64,000 nucleotides of DNA from Octopus vulgaris (taxonomy: Eukaryota), in NCBI GenBank assembly GCA_951406725.2, contig OX597822.1, forward strand, positions 33,666,001 to 33,730,000, given 5' to 3'. The notes beneath the pieces are model-generated. The model was not told the origin of the DNA and made no database searches. It saw only the letters and a program-made list of their open reading frames with translations. A program made the translations under genes and the position numbers. Positions 40,455 to 53,115 of the stretch are shown here, one piece after another (position 1 is the first letter of the stretch; each line of letters begins with the position of its first letter).

Positions 40455-40875
40455 ATAAAGGCACCGGTGTGGCTGTATGGACAGGCACAGGAGTGGCTAT
40501 GTGGTAAGTAGCTTGCTTACCAACCACATGGTTCCGGGTTCATTCCCACTGTGTGGCACCTTGGGCAAGTGTCTTCTACTATAGCCTTGAGCCGACCAAA
40601 GCCTTGTGAGTGGATCTGGCAGACGGAAACTGGAAGAAGCCCGTCGTATATATGCCTGTATATGTTTGTGTGTCTGTGTTTGTCCCCCCACCATTGCTTG
40701 GTGGTGTGTTTACGCCACCATAACTTAGCTGTTCAGCAAAAGAGACTAATAGAATAAGTACTAGGCTTACAAAGAATAAGTCCTGGGGTCGATTTACTCG
40801 ACTAAAAGGTGCTGCTCCAGCATGGCCGCAGTCAAATGACTGAAACAAGTAAAAGAGTAAAAAGAGTAAAAGAGT
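40122..40875. mobile_element. Two family B SINEs in inverted (head-to-head) arrangement
   Basis: A - strand 3' half at 40122-40330, then a long (TA)n, then a full + strand copy at 40484-40875. Confidence 0.85.
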
Positions 40876-41407
40876 ATATATATGTTGCTATCGATTTATT
40901 TTATTCAAAGTAAGCAATGCCTACCTCGACTACCTAGGCTGCATGTCCCTGGTATGTATGTGTTGTATAATGTGTCTCTACAAAAGTGTGTATGTACGTG
41001 CATGTGCATGAGGTGTATGTATATGAATGTGTATGTTTATCAGAGCACACCTTTGCATTGTCACCACTTGTGTAGTAATGAAAACATGTTGTTTGTGTCC
41101 CAAAGACTGAAGCAACATTAAATGAAGTGCTTAACTACAGAGCGCAGTGCGCCACTCAGTTTGTGAACTGAACCCACTAATTAACAACCGTGAGTGTGAC
41201 ACCCTAACAACTAGGCTGTACGTTCACACATACACACGCACATACATACATACATACATACATACATACATACATACATACATACATACATACATACATA
41301 CATACATACATACGTACGTACGTACATATGTATGAATGTTAACGTTTTGGCGTTCAGACAAGTATACTGGTATTGATGTGGCAACATTTGAAATCTTATC
41401 CCGGTAT

Positions 41408-41478
41408 ATGCAGCTGATGAAGACTAATCAAATTTACATTGCCAAACGTATTTGAAGAGTCAGAAACCGGTCCTGCAT
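41408..41478 (+). ncRNA. Minimal type-I hammerhead ribozyme motif (Penelope-like)
   Basis: ATGCAG-CTGATGA-a-GACT..TCAAAT..ATTTGA..AGTC-a-GAAA-CCGG-TC-CTGCAT. Stem I is 6 bp perfect, the core is conserved, stem II is extended, stem III is short and palindromic, and the cleavage triplet is GUC. An A.A pair replaces the usual closing pair of stem II. Confidence 0.75.
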
Positions 41479-41654
41479 TATCCAATTCTAGGTTGTCCAT
41501 TTATCAGATGTTCTTCCTAGAGGTAAGACAAATTTTTTTCATGTTTGTTGCACACACGCGTGTATATATGCAGTGAAGCTATACAATGGCGTCGTATTTA
41601 TTACAATTGCTATTTTCCAGTAAACATTGGTGCCTTGTTGTACCATTTATCTAC

Positions 41655-41868
<214 letters not shown>

Positions 41869-42807
41869 AAAACAGTTACAGAAGTCTGGTGCAGGCTTCG
41901 ACCTGGCTGGCTCTTGTGATACATTGAACACGAACATTAAATGATGGTGATGATGATGATGATGATGTATAACAATATATCATTATAATATTCTATTCTC
42001 CAATTTGAAGCAACAATTTTTATACACACACACACACACATATATATGATGGACTTCTTTCGCTTTCCATCTACTAAATCCACTAGCAAGGCTTCACTTG
42101 AGCTGAGACTATAATAGAAGACATTTGCCCAAGTTGATATGCAATGGGGTTGACCCCGAGACCACATGGTCGGAAAACAAGTTTCTTAACCACACAGCCA
42201 ACATCTGCACACATAGCAATTATGCTGCGTATGTAAATGAGACACTATTATTAATCATTACAATCCAGGTATGTCTATTTTCTGTTACCTTCCGCAGTGG
42301 ATACAATGAGAGCAGCATTCCATCTGTGACGAGCTATAAACAGGCACCTAGCCAAATTATATATAATTGTCGTTGCTAATTAACTAGCGCAAACAAGCTT
42401 ACAACAAACAGACAGACTTTCTATAATACTTTTCTTAATTTGACCTACTCTTTTTAATCCGGGGTAATTTTAGTTTTATTATACGCAGTGTGGCTGAATA
42501 GTTATATGTCAAATGGTTAAAGACGTTCACATCACCACCACAAGCTTCCGAGTTTCAGTCACGCTGCATGTCTTCAGTAGGCACAGCCGTGTGGCTAAGA
42601 ACCTCGCATTGCAATCGTGTGGTTTTGCAGTTCAGTCCCACTGTGCAGCAACCTTGGGCAAGTCTCTTCTACTGTTGGTCCCATGTTGACCAATGCCTTG
42701 TGAGGGAATTTAGTAGATCGAAACTATATGGAAGCCTGTCATATTTATATATATATATACATACACACATACATGTGTGTGTATGTGCATGTGTGTGTAT
42801 GTGTGTG

Positions 42808-42842
<35 letters not shown>

Positions 42843-42940
42843 TTAATCCAAACATGAAAGCACAAAAAAACACAACAACATGAGGACGTGGAACAAATAT
42901 AGTACTATTGGACGCTCAGGAAAGAAGGAAAGAAGGAGAG

Positions 42941-42976
42941 TGTAATGTTTCGAGCGGAGCTCTTCGTCTAAAACAT
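42941..42976 (-). ncRNA. Degenerate hammerhead-like motif in a (TA)n-flanked insert
   Basis: The - strand reads TGTTT-TAGACGA-a-GAGC-tcc-GCTC-GAAA-CATTACA. Stem II and GAAA are intact; the CUGANGA core is mutated. Confidence 0.4.
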
Positions 42977-43051
42977 AGAAGGAAAGATCCAGAGAAGGGA
43001 AGACAAAGGAAAAAATTGCCGTGTATGTGTGTGTATATCTATATATATATA

Positions 43052-44312
43052 TTGGGTTGGCAAACTAAGTTCCCGCCGATTTTTTTTAAATTTTGGAATT
43101 TAATGCATTTTTAAATTTTGGAATCTATTTTTTTGGAGAATTCTATATTTGAATCAATTTGGAATCTATTTTGTTTTTTTCCTAGTTAATTTTAGCTAAT
43201 TATTGTTTATTTTCAGATCATTAAAATGAAACATCAAGTTAAGAAAAACGAGCATTTTCAAAATCTCCTTTTGGCTTTTAATCAAGGTTCTAAGACCGCA
43301 AAAGCTGCTCATGACATTTGTGCTGTGTATGAAGAGAGTGCCATAGCTGAAAGAACCGCTCGTGATTGGTATGCCAAATTCAAAACTGGAAATTTTGACC
43401 TCAAAGACGCACCTCCTTTTGGCTGTCCAGTTGTGTTCGATGAAGAGCAATTAAACCAACTTTTGCATGAAAATTCTCGTCAAACGACAAAGGAACTGGC
43501 AGAGAAAATAGAATGCTCCCACACTGCTATAGAGAAGCGTCTTCACTCGATAGGAAAGGTTCAGAAGTATGGAGCATGGGTTCCGTATGCGTTAAGTGAA
43601 TACAACAAAAGTCAACGACCCACAATCTACACTAGTTTGCTTGCTCGTCACCACTCAATTCATGGACACAAGCAATGATTTATTTACCAAATCGTTACTG
43701 ACGATGGAAAATGGTGCCTCTACATCAATATGAAGTAGCGTAATGAATGGCTTAGCCCTAGTAAACAAGTGACACTGCACATGAAGCAAGATTTTCATCT
43801 GTGTAAAACAATGTTGTGTGTATGGTGGGACTGGGAAGAGATTATCCATTACAAATTGCTTGAACGGAACCAAACAGTCAATGTGGAACTCTATGTTCAA
43901 CAGATGGAACGACTCAACACAGCTATTCAAGAGAAAAGACCTAATCGTCAGCATGGTGTTCTTCTGCTGTACGACAACGTCCACCCTCATATGACCAAGA
44001 AAGCCTTTCAAATGCATGGCTGAAAAGTGCTGCTACACCCACCGTACTCTCCTGATTTGGCACCAATGGATTTCCACCTCTTTCGATCTCTTTCAAATGC
44101 TATGCATGGAGTTTCATTCAATTCTGATGCAGGATTGAGAGCTTTCTACTAACGAGGGTGATTTCTACCGATGAAGTATTGAAAATCTTGTTGAACATTG
44201 GGAAGAAGTTGTAAATAACAAGGTGAATACATTATTGATTAATTAGTTGCTATTTTTTTAAAAACCTTTTAAAAAATATTAATTTCAAGAAACGGCGGGA
44301 ACTTACTTGCCA

Positions 44313-44317
<5 letters not shown>
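43052..44317 (+). mobile_element. Full-length, inactive mariner transposon (second lineage)
   Basis: TIRs TTGGGTTGGCAAACTAAGTTCCCGCCG / CGGCGGGAACTTACTTGCCAACCT with TA flanks. The ORF from 43226 has HTH, WVPY, IVTDDGKW, LLYDN and PYSPDLAPMDFHLF, with stops. Confidence 0.92.
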
Positions 44318-44387
<70 letters not shown>

Positions 44388-44496
44388 AATAATAATAATA
44401 GTAGGGAATATAAAATTCCAAGGCAACAGGGGAAAACAAACTCAATTTAGTAATAGTAAATCAAATTTAACGATATATATATATGTGTGTCTATAG

Positions 44497-44845
44497 AGTT
44501 AACAGACAAAACTTCCATCAAAGCAATTCAATTAATAGTGAAAGATATCATCTATAATAGAATATAAAATTAAATATATTATTAATATTGTATGAAAAAT
44601 TACTATATACTAAATAATACACAAAATGACAACACGCATTTCGTGACGTTATAATTCAAGTCAACAATTTCAAAATTGATAAACTCAAAAATTAATATTG
44701 ATTCACATGTTGTCGTTTTAATGTGTATTATTTAGTATAGTAATTTTTAGTACAATATTAATAATATATTTAAATTTATATTTTATTATAGATAATATCT
44801 TTCACTATTAATTGAATAACTTTGATGGATGTTTTGTCTCTTAAT
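44497..44845. repeat. AT-rich inverted repeat, ~135-bp arms, set between TA microsatellites
   Basis: About 44497-44636 pairs with about 44706-44845 (CCATCAAAG..TTCAATTAATAGTGAAAGATAT.. / ..ATATCTTTCACTATTAATTGAA..CTTTGATGG). Confidence 0.75.
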
Positions 44846-44867
44846 CTCTCTCTCTCTCTCTCTCTCT

Positions 44868-44916
<49 letters not shown>

Positions 44917-45299
44917 CATACATAAAATAATGAAGGCAGCTATATGCAATATAAAACCAAATGGGAAAAAATTCAATTGTCACTAATTGTGACTGAGGAT
45001 GCAGTGGAACACCTACATTGCTAGAAATAAGAGTTAAAGATTCTGGAGTAGATATATATATATATACACACAAATATGTATATACATGTGTATCTGTGCA
45101 TGAGTGTGTGTGTGTGTGAGTGTGTGAGTATGTGGGTGTGTGCTTTTGTGCCAGTGCTTGTCTCCTCCTACCACTTGCAACTGGTGCTGGTTTGTTTATG
45201 TCCCTATAACTTCGAAATTCAACAAAAATACCAATAAATACCAAACTTTTAAAAAAAAAGTAAGTATTGGGGATGATGTGTTTGACTAAAACTCTTCAA

Positions 45300-45522
45300 G
45301 GCAGAATCGTTAGCACGCCAGGGGAAATGCTTAGCGGTATTTCGTCTACTGCTACGTTCTGAGTTCAAATTCCGCCGAGGTCGACTTTGCCTTTCATCCT
45401 TTCAGGGTCAATTAAATAAGTACTAGTTACGCACTGGGGTTGATATAATCGACTTAATCTGTTTGTCTGTCCTTGTTTGTCTCCTCTGTGTGTAGCCCCT
45501 TGTGGGTAGTAAAGAAATAGGT
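45300..45522 (+). mobile_element. SINE family A
   Basis: Matches the consensus. Further copies or relatives lie at about 18608-18803, 23262-23477, 24638-24851, 26539-26729 and 32380-32535. Confidence 0.8.
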
Positions 45523-46257
45523 ACCTTGGCTTGGCCACAGTCCAGTGACTGAAGTAAGTAAAAGATAAAGATACCCAATGACTTGGGTATCTTTAGAAGA
45601 TTTTTAATGAGAGTGACAGATTAAGTAGCTCTGCCTCCTAAGAACAACTGCAGTTCATCCAACAGACTGTCTCACTGTTTCTGCCTTCTCAATATCATTC
45701 CTAAGGCCTTGATAGAAGACACAAACCAAAGATGCTGCATAATAAGATCACATTTGGAACTCCATGATTGCTATTCATTAGGTATATGGTTTTAAAGTGA
45801 ATTTTGAAACCATATACCCTAGACAGCCTTTGATCAAGGAATATGCTCACCAACTAGGTATGGTGTTCTGAGTTAAAATTCTAAGATTAACTTTGCTTTT
45901 CATCATTTTGGTGTCAATAAAATAGGTACATGTTGTGTACTGGGGTCAGGGATTAATGTAATCAACTAATCTATTTCCTCAAAAATTTCAAGCCTTGTGC
46001 CTATAGGAGAATGAAATAAGTTAGCATGGCTGGGTGATTATGAACCTTACTTCCAAATCATGTGGTTTCGGGTTCAATCTCACTGCCCAGTACCTTGTGC
46101 TTGGGCAAGGATCTTCTACTATAGGTGTAGGCCAATCAAGGCCTTGTGAGTGGATTTGGCAGAGGGAAACTGAAAGAAGCATGTCATGTGTGTACATACA
46201 TACATGATATACTGCTTCCATCAACCAAATCCACTCATGTATGTAGGTACATACATA

Positions 46258-46620
46258 TGTTATTATGGCTGCCCCCGCATTATCGAGTATGGCCATTGCA
46301 CGAAGCTTAACTGTTACTGGTGCTGTGATCGAATGTGACTTTTTAGCCCAGCTAAAGATCTACAATGTCTTGTACAAAATTGGCAACTAAAACCTTTACT
46401 GGTAATAGCCGGCTGTAGTTGTAACTGGGCTTCATGTACCTTTGCATGTCGTTTAAGTCCTCCTGCCAAATTACACTCTCTTCCACATGCCCGACAGATA
46501 TGATTAGTATGGTGTGTTACACCACCACCAGTGGCCAGGTTGTCACTCATCTGTCTCGTTTTATGACTACGAAGATGACTCATGAGTCCAGCTTTACTGA
46601 GGCAGGGTCTTGCACAGACA
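46258..46620 (-). mobile_element. 3' end of an RTE/BovB-like LINE with C-terminal C2H2 zinc-finger repeats
   Basis: Three CxxC-x(12)-H-x3-H units (VCARPCLSKAGLMSHLRSH; ICRACGRECNLAGGLKRHAKVH; SCQFCTRHCRSLAGLKSHIRSQH), then a stop at 46314 and a short 3' tail. The 5' end is truncated into a microsatellite. Confidence 0.65.
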
Positions 46621-46676
46621 TACATATGTACATCATACATATATACATACATACATACATACAAACAAACAAACAA

Positions 46677-47110
46677 AGATATACTGGTGGAATGTACCAG
46701 TGAAGACCTCAATAAAATGTAAGCACAACAGACCTGATGTAATGATTTGAGATAGAGAAGAGAAACGGTTCATAGTTGTGGAAATTAGCTGCCCAGCAGA
46801 TGTTAACCTAAAGCTGAAGATCAGTGAAAAAGGGAACACCTATGCTGAACTACTGAGAAATTTGCATTTACCCTATCCAGATTACAAGTTCAGGTTTATA
46901 CCTGTAATTATTGGGGCCCTGGGGTATGTAACACACTGCCTAAATGCCAATCTTGAGAAATTAGGCTTCTCAAAACCAGAAAGGAGAAAGTTAATTTAAA
47001 GACCACAGATCCAATCCATCACTGGAACTGTAAAAATCTGTAAGAGTTTCCAGAAGTTTATCATTTAAATATATATGAGCATGTCTAGATATGCAACTAT
47101 ATGCATGAGA
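46677..47110 (+). mobile_element. 3' end of an R4/Dong-type non-LTR retrotransposon (restriction-like endonuclease domain), decayed
   Basis: YWWNVPVKTSIKCKHNRPDVMI*DREEKRFIVVEISCPAD..KISEK..TY.EL...FIPVIIGALG matches the RPD..(D/E)..K..Y..L RLE signature. It has in-frame stops and is flanked on both sides by (CATA)n-CAAACAAAC. Confidence 0.8.
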
Positions 47111-47271
47111 ATACACACATAAAACAAAACATACAAATCTGCATGCATACATACATGCATACATACATACATACACACATACATACATACATACATACAT
47201 ACATACACACATACATACATACATACATACATACATACATACAAACAAACGAAAATACCTTGGCGTTGATA

Positions 47272-47587
47272 GTATGTTGTCAACTTAATGTGACAGTCCC
47301 ATGAAAGGGAATAAGACTACTACTATTTAGCCCTAGGAAGCACTGCTTCCTGTCAGCCTTGACACATTTCCTGTGTCCTTATGTTTACAGAGGGGGAGAT
47401 AAGCACCTCCACCTGTCAAAGCCAGCATCCTGAGACTAGTTTCTGAGTCATTGCTCGTCATCAGTCTGGACTAGCAGAACACAGGAAATATGTCAAGGCT
47501 GACAGGAAGCGGTGCTTCCTAGGGCTAAATAGCAGTAGTATTATTCCTTTTCATGGGACTGTCACAATTAAGTTGTTGACAACATAC
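47272..47587. mobile_element. Fold-back element with ~110-bp inverted arms, probably a Penelope-like terminal remnant
   Basis: Arm 47272-47379 is the reverse complement of arm 47476-47587, with a few mismatches. The loop carries a hammerhead motif. Confidence 0.65.
47421..47475 (-). ncRNA. Minimal type-I hammerhead ribozyme motif inside a fold-back element
   Basis: The - strand reads GCTAG-TCCAGA-CTGATGA-c-GAG-caatga-CTC-a-GAAA-CTAG-TC-TCAGGA-tg-CTGGC. The core is intact, stem III (CTAG) is palindromic and the cleavage triplet is GUC. Confidence 0.7.
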
Positions 47588-47794
47588 CACCACTTTATCC
47601 ATGTTACTACTGTATTAGTAGTAGAGTTACTACTCTCTGAGGGATTTAGAAATGTATTATTTTTACTTGTTGTTGATGTTGAAATTCAAATGAAGGAGCT
47701 TTGGATCTATGTTAGAAACCCTTCTCTTTCTCTATTGGCAAGTAATCTTGAAATAAAATTTGAATAGTCACACACACACACACAAACACACAAA

Positions 47795-47832
<38 letters not shown>

Positions 47833-48624
47833 TGTACAAATGCACAATTAATGCATGAATTACTTTTCAATGAGTCAAATGGGTTATTAAAAAATACGAA
47901 GATCATATTAACTAGGTTGTAGGTTTGTGATTTTGTACCACAAATCACCACATTCTGAGATTTTTTTCTCATTTGTTTAGGAATTAATGCATGTAGTTAA
48001 ATTCAGTTTTCATCATATACAAACTTGGAAAAAGCTATCAAAATAGGCTCAACTGCTGCGCATAGCTTGGGATGTCTTGTAGCAGTTTTTGTTTCTTTTC
48101 GGTTTTTTTTTTTTTTTCAATTTTTATCTATTTATCTTTTTATCTTCCTCGTTTTACTTGCTTCAGTTATTAGACCACAGCCATGCTGGAACATTACCTT
48201 AAAAGAGTTTTTAGTCAAATGAATCAATCCCAGTAATTATTTTTTCGTTTTTAAACCCTGATATTTATTCTATCAGTCTCTTTTGCCAAACCGCTAAGTT
48301 ACAGGGATATAAACACACCAACACCATTTGTGAAGTGGTGGTGAACACACACAAACACACACACACACAAACGCACACACCTATTATAAAAAGGCTTCAG
48401 ATTCCATCTAACAAATCCAATTACATGGTTTTGGTCAGCCTGAGGCTATTGTAGAAGACACTCATCCAACATGCCACACAGTGGGACTGAACCCAGAACC
48501 ATGTGATTGGGAAGCAAACTTGTTACCACACAGCCTCACATGCACCTATTATCCAATTTCTTTAGCATTCAGATAACTCTATCAAATGTAACGTTCATTT
48601 ATTCCCATCATTTTGAATTAATAT

Positions 48625-48788
48625 GGGCGCAGGAGTAGCTGTGTGTTAAGTAGCTTGCTTACCAACCACATGGTTCCGGGTTCAATCCCACTGCATGACA
48701 CCTTGGGCAACTGTCTTCTATTATAGCCTCGGGCCAACCAAAGCCTTGTGAGTGGATTTGGTAGACGGAAACTGAAAGAAGCCCATCG

Positions 48789-48827
<39 letters not shown>

Positions 48828-49042
48828 ATATCTTTGTGTGTCTGTGTTTGTTCCCCTCCCCAACATCGTTTGACGACCGATGCTGGTGTGTTTACGTCCC
48901 CATAACTTAGTGGTTCGGCAAAAAGTGACCGATAGAATAAATACCAGGCTTAAAAGAGAATAAGTCCTGAGGTCAATTTGCTCGACTAAAGGTGGTGCTC
49001 CAGCATGGCTGCAGTCAAATGACTGAAACAAGTAAAAGAGTA
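48625..49042 (+). mobile_element. SINE family B
   Basis: Full-length copy; its inverted partner lies at 49480-49915. Confidence 0.85.
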
Positions 49043-49479
49043 ACCATAAATTATCTTACAGCTTCAAGATTCCAATGATGTGAGTGTATTTTTTAGAAGG
49101 ACATTGCATGGTAGTCGTGAGAGGTTGGTCTGGCCACTTTGAAGATAAAACAGGCAGAACATTCAGGTTGAACATGGCCTGTTTAAGTGCTATACAATTA
49201 ATATAATTTACTTGAGAAAGAGTTTGTCTACTACAGATACAAACGCACCTTTAAAGTTTGTATTTCTTTTTAATCAGAGAGATAGGTTTGGCAGTCATGG
49301 AGATCACATGTAAGGATATATAGGTTGTGAGTTTGAACAAGAAATTTCCAGATACTGTGATCAAAGAGATTTTTCTGTTTACTTAGGAAGTAATGCATAT
49401 GGTTTAAACCGAGATTTAAACTTGGAAACGCTAGGAAAATGGACTCAACAGTTGCACAAAACTTGCAATAAATTTACAG

Positions 49480-49703
49480 CTTTACTCTTATACTCTTTTA
49501 ACTGTTTCAGTCATTTGATTGTGGCCATGCTGGAGCACCGCCTTTAGTCGAGCAAATTGACCCCGGGACTTATTCTTTTGAAGCCTAGTACTTATTCTAT
49601 CGGTCTCTTTGCCAAACCACTAAGTTACGGGGACGTAAACACACCAGCATTGGTTGTCAAGCGATGTGGGGGGGGGGGGACAAACACAGACACACAAACA
49701 TAT

Positions 49704-49773
<70 letters not shown>

Positions 49774-49915
49774 CAGGCTTCTTTCAGTTTCCATCTACCA
49801 AATCCACTCACAAGGCTATAGTAGAAGACACTTGCCCAAGGTGCCACGCAGTGGGACTGAACCCGGAACCATGTGGTTTGTAAGCAAGATCCTTACCACA
49901 CAGCCACTCCTGTAC
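49480..49915 (-). mobile_element. SINE family B
   Basis: Full-length reverse copy with a small internal deletion. Confidence 0.85.
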
Positions 49916-52215
49916 CTATATTATATACGCTTATTATTTTTTTTAAACCAGTTTTTTTAAACCAATTCTCTTTTTTTTAGCATTCACAATGTTTTGAATT
50001 AATCATACGTTATCTTGTAACTTTGAGATTCTGATAACGCAATTGTTTATTTCTGAATGACATTGTAGGGTAGGTGCAAGAAGCCAGATTTGACCAGTTT
50101 GAACATAAAGAATGTGGATATAATTAGGCTTCAAGACTCTAAGTCATTTCAATAATCTTTAAGGAAGTTATCTAAATTTTCGCTTTCTGCTTCAACTTCA
50201 GCATGATCCACAGATTTTTGTTGTTCTGTTATAAAGAGATTTAGCAAAAATTTCAGTAGCCAAGCCCCATGGACTCTTAAGCTTTTATTCAATCCAGCCA
50301 AAATTTTATTCACCACCAGAGAATGAGTATGTATGTATGTGTGTGTGAGAGAGAGAGAAAGAGACAGACAGACAGACAGTATGCATGAATCATATATAAA
50401 TGTATGTGTCATCATCATCATCATCATCATCATCATCGTTTAGCGTCCGCCTTCCATGCTAGCATGGGTTGGACGGTTCAACTGGGGTCTGGGGAGCCAG
50501 AAGGCTGCACCAGGCCCAGTCTGATCTGACAATGTTTCTACGGCTGGATGCCCTTCCTAACGCCAATCACTCCGTGAGTGTAGTGGGTGCTTTTTACGTG
50601 CCACCGGCACAGTGTGTATATTTATATATGTGTGTGTGTATGTATATAAATACGCATACGTGTGTGTATAAATGTATATCTATATACAAATGTGTATTTA
50701 TACTATATACGTTACTATAATCATCTCTTAACGTCCACTTTTTTATGTAGTACGAAGTTTATTGAGGCAGATTTTCTGAAGTCGGATGCCCTTACTGCCT
50801 TACTGTGTTTCCAAGTAAGGTAATACTTCCCCATATCCAAACGGGTTTCCCTAGAATAATGAATGGACACTGCTTGTATCACACACATGCACACGCATTT
50901 ATTTATTACATACCAATAACATTTATCACTGGTATTTTCAGTTAGTCACGACAAACGATTTTGTTTTTAATTATTTGAATGTATCGATTACATCATTAAG
51001 ATCGGTTATATACGAAACAAACTGGTAAAAACTAAAAGCAACTTTATTAAATATAATCACTAGAATTCGGTTAAGACGGTTGGTGATATCGTTATTAGCA
51101 AGAATGAGCAGCGAATGAAACGTGAGTATAGGGGGAAAACGTGAATGGAGAAATGAAAGATGAACATAGTGAAAAGTAAAACGGGAGTCAATGAAAATAT
51201 CTGGAGAAAGAAAGAGAGAGATCCCTTCGTTGCTGCTTAATATATCCCTTGAAAAGAGCAAGTAATCTGTAATACTAACTGCACACACATCTCAACATTT
51301 TAACAGCTGATGAGCGAGTCTGTAAATGGTCAATCGACCTGCTAAATATAGCAAACAAATCGCTTTCAAATTACAGCCTACTGTTTGAAGAGAAAGCAGA
51401 GGAGGGCACCTTACATGAGGTAATTCTAGATAAGCCTGAGTATACAACATTATATATATATAGGGCCGACGAATGAGCCTCCATAGTCCTGCTAAAAATA
51501 GCAAACAAACTGCACTCAAATTTCGCACTCCTCTTTAAAAAATGTGGGAGAAGTTACATTGTATAAAGTAATCCTAGATAGGCCTAAGTAGACGGGATGG
51601 TCACGACTAGAATGTATTTTATCCTACATTGCAATTACATTTCCCACAACCCACACGCTACTTCTAAAATGAAGGGTACATTGAACAATGTAGTAAAATT
51701 CCTCACATAGAGAAAGAAGGGTTGATCACGGAATGATCCCAATCTTTCGTTACAAGTGTGTTCAGTCAGGGCTGATCAACACAATGCTAAACAACAACGC
51801 ACATTTGGCTATAAACGTGGAAACCACAAAGTGGCTTCCTCCACATGCTACAAATAGACACCAATTTCCCTTCAAATCACGTAATTCTGTGTTACCTGAA
51901 CATAGGAAAGAGACAGGGTGGTAACCGCAAGAATGTCTTTGATCATGAGTCAGCTCGATCAGGACTGACCTGGGGTTAAACAACAATAACACCAACACAA
52001 ACATATATCTTGTTGCAACACACGTAAGTACAGTACAGGCAGTTGTTACTCGTAAGCACACATGGCATGGTAACATGTATCATATTCTCGCTAATTGCTT
52101 CAGGTGTCCGTGTAGTCGGGAGTAGAGACATATTACCCTCTCGGATCTCATTACCCTTGGACTCAGCGAAACATTGCAGAACGTGACAGCTGGATAGTAT
52201 TTATAGACAGAATAA

Positions 52216-52884
52216 AAGGCGACGAGCTGGCAGAATCGTTAGCACGCCGGGCGAAATGCTTAGCGGTATTTCTTCTGCTGTTATGTTCTGAGTTCAAATT
52301 CCGCCGAGGTCGACTTTGCCTTTCATCCTTTCGGGGTCGATAAATTAAGTACCAGTTAAGCACTGGGGTTGATATAATCGACTTAATACCTATGTCTGTC
52401 CATGTTTGTCCCCTCTATGTTTAGCCCCTTGTGGGTAATAAAGAAATAGGTATTTCGTCTGTCGTTACGTTGTGAGTTCAAATTCCGCCGAGGTCGACTT
52501 TGCCTTTCATCCTTCCGGGATCGATAAATTAAGTACCAGTTACGCACTGGGGTCGATATAATCGACTTAACCCGTTTGTCTGTCCTTGTTTGTCCCCTCT
52601 ATGTTTAGCCCCTTGTGGGTAATAAAGAAATAGGTATTTATATACAGATAAGGCGGCGAGCTGGCAGAATCATTAGCACGCCGGGCGAAATGCTTTGCGG
52701 TATTTCGTCTGCCGTTACGTTCTGAGTTCAAATTCCGCCGAGGTCGACTTTGCCTTTTATCCTTTCGGGATCGATAAATTAAGTACCGGTTACGCACTGG
52801 GGTCGATGTAATCGACTTAATCCGTGTGCCTGTCCTTGTTTGTTCTCTCTGTGTTTAGCCCCTTGTGGGTAGTAAAGAAATAGG
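52216..52884 (+). mobile_element. Head-to-tail array of three family A SINE units
   Basis: Units at about 52216-52450, 52451-52635 (5'-truncated) and 52650-52884, separated or flanked by GTATTTATA(T/G)ACAGA repeats; CpGs largely intact. Confidence 0.85.
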
Positions 52885-53051
52885 TATTTATATACAGAAT
52901 GCGACAGCTGGTTTGGTACTCATATGCAGCTAAGTGGACTGGAGCAATGCGAAATGAAGAGCTACCCGATCCAGGAACTGAACCCTTAACCTTAGGATCG
53001 TGAGCAGAGTACCTATCCGCTAGACTATGTACCATCACAAACTCAAGGTGA

Positions 53052-53113
53052 TGCTTACAAGCTCCGAAGTTTCCAAAGTGCCCCCACTCCGTCTCAGTAT
53101 TAACTAAACGGCG
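53052..53113 (-). pseudogene. Second, 3'-half 5S rRNA-derived fragment
   Basis: Shares the 3' end and linker (AAACTCAAGGTGATGCTTACAAGC, 24 nt identical) with the copy at 53338-53456; more degenerate. Confidence 0.6.
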
Positions 53114-53115
53114 AA

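Noticed and set aside
46314-46712. Host C2H2 zinc-finger gene
   Set aside because: No TGEKP linkers or splice context; the 5' end is truncated into microsatellite and there is a LINE-like 3' tail. It is better explained as the end of a LINE ORF.
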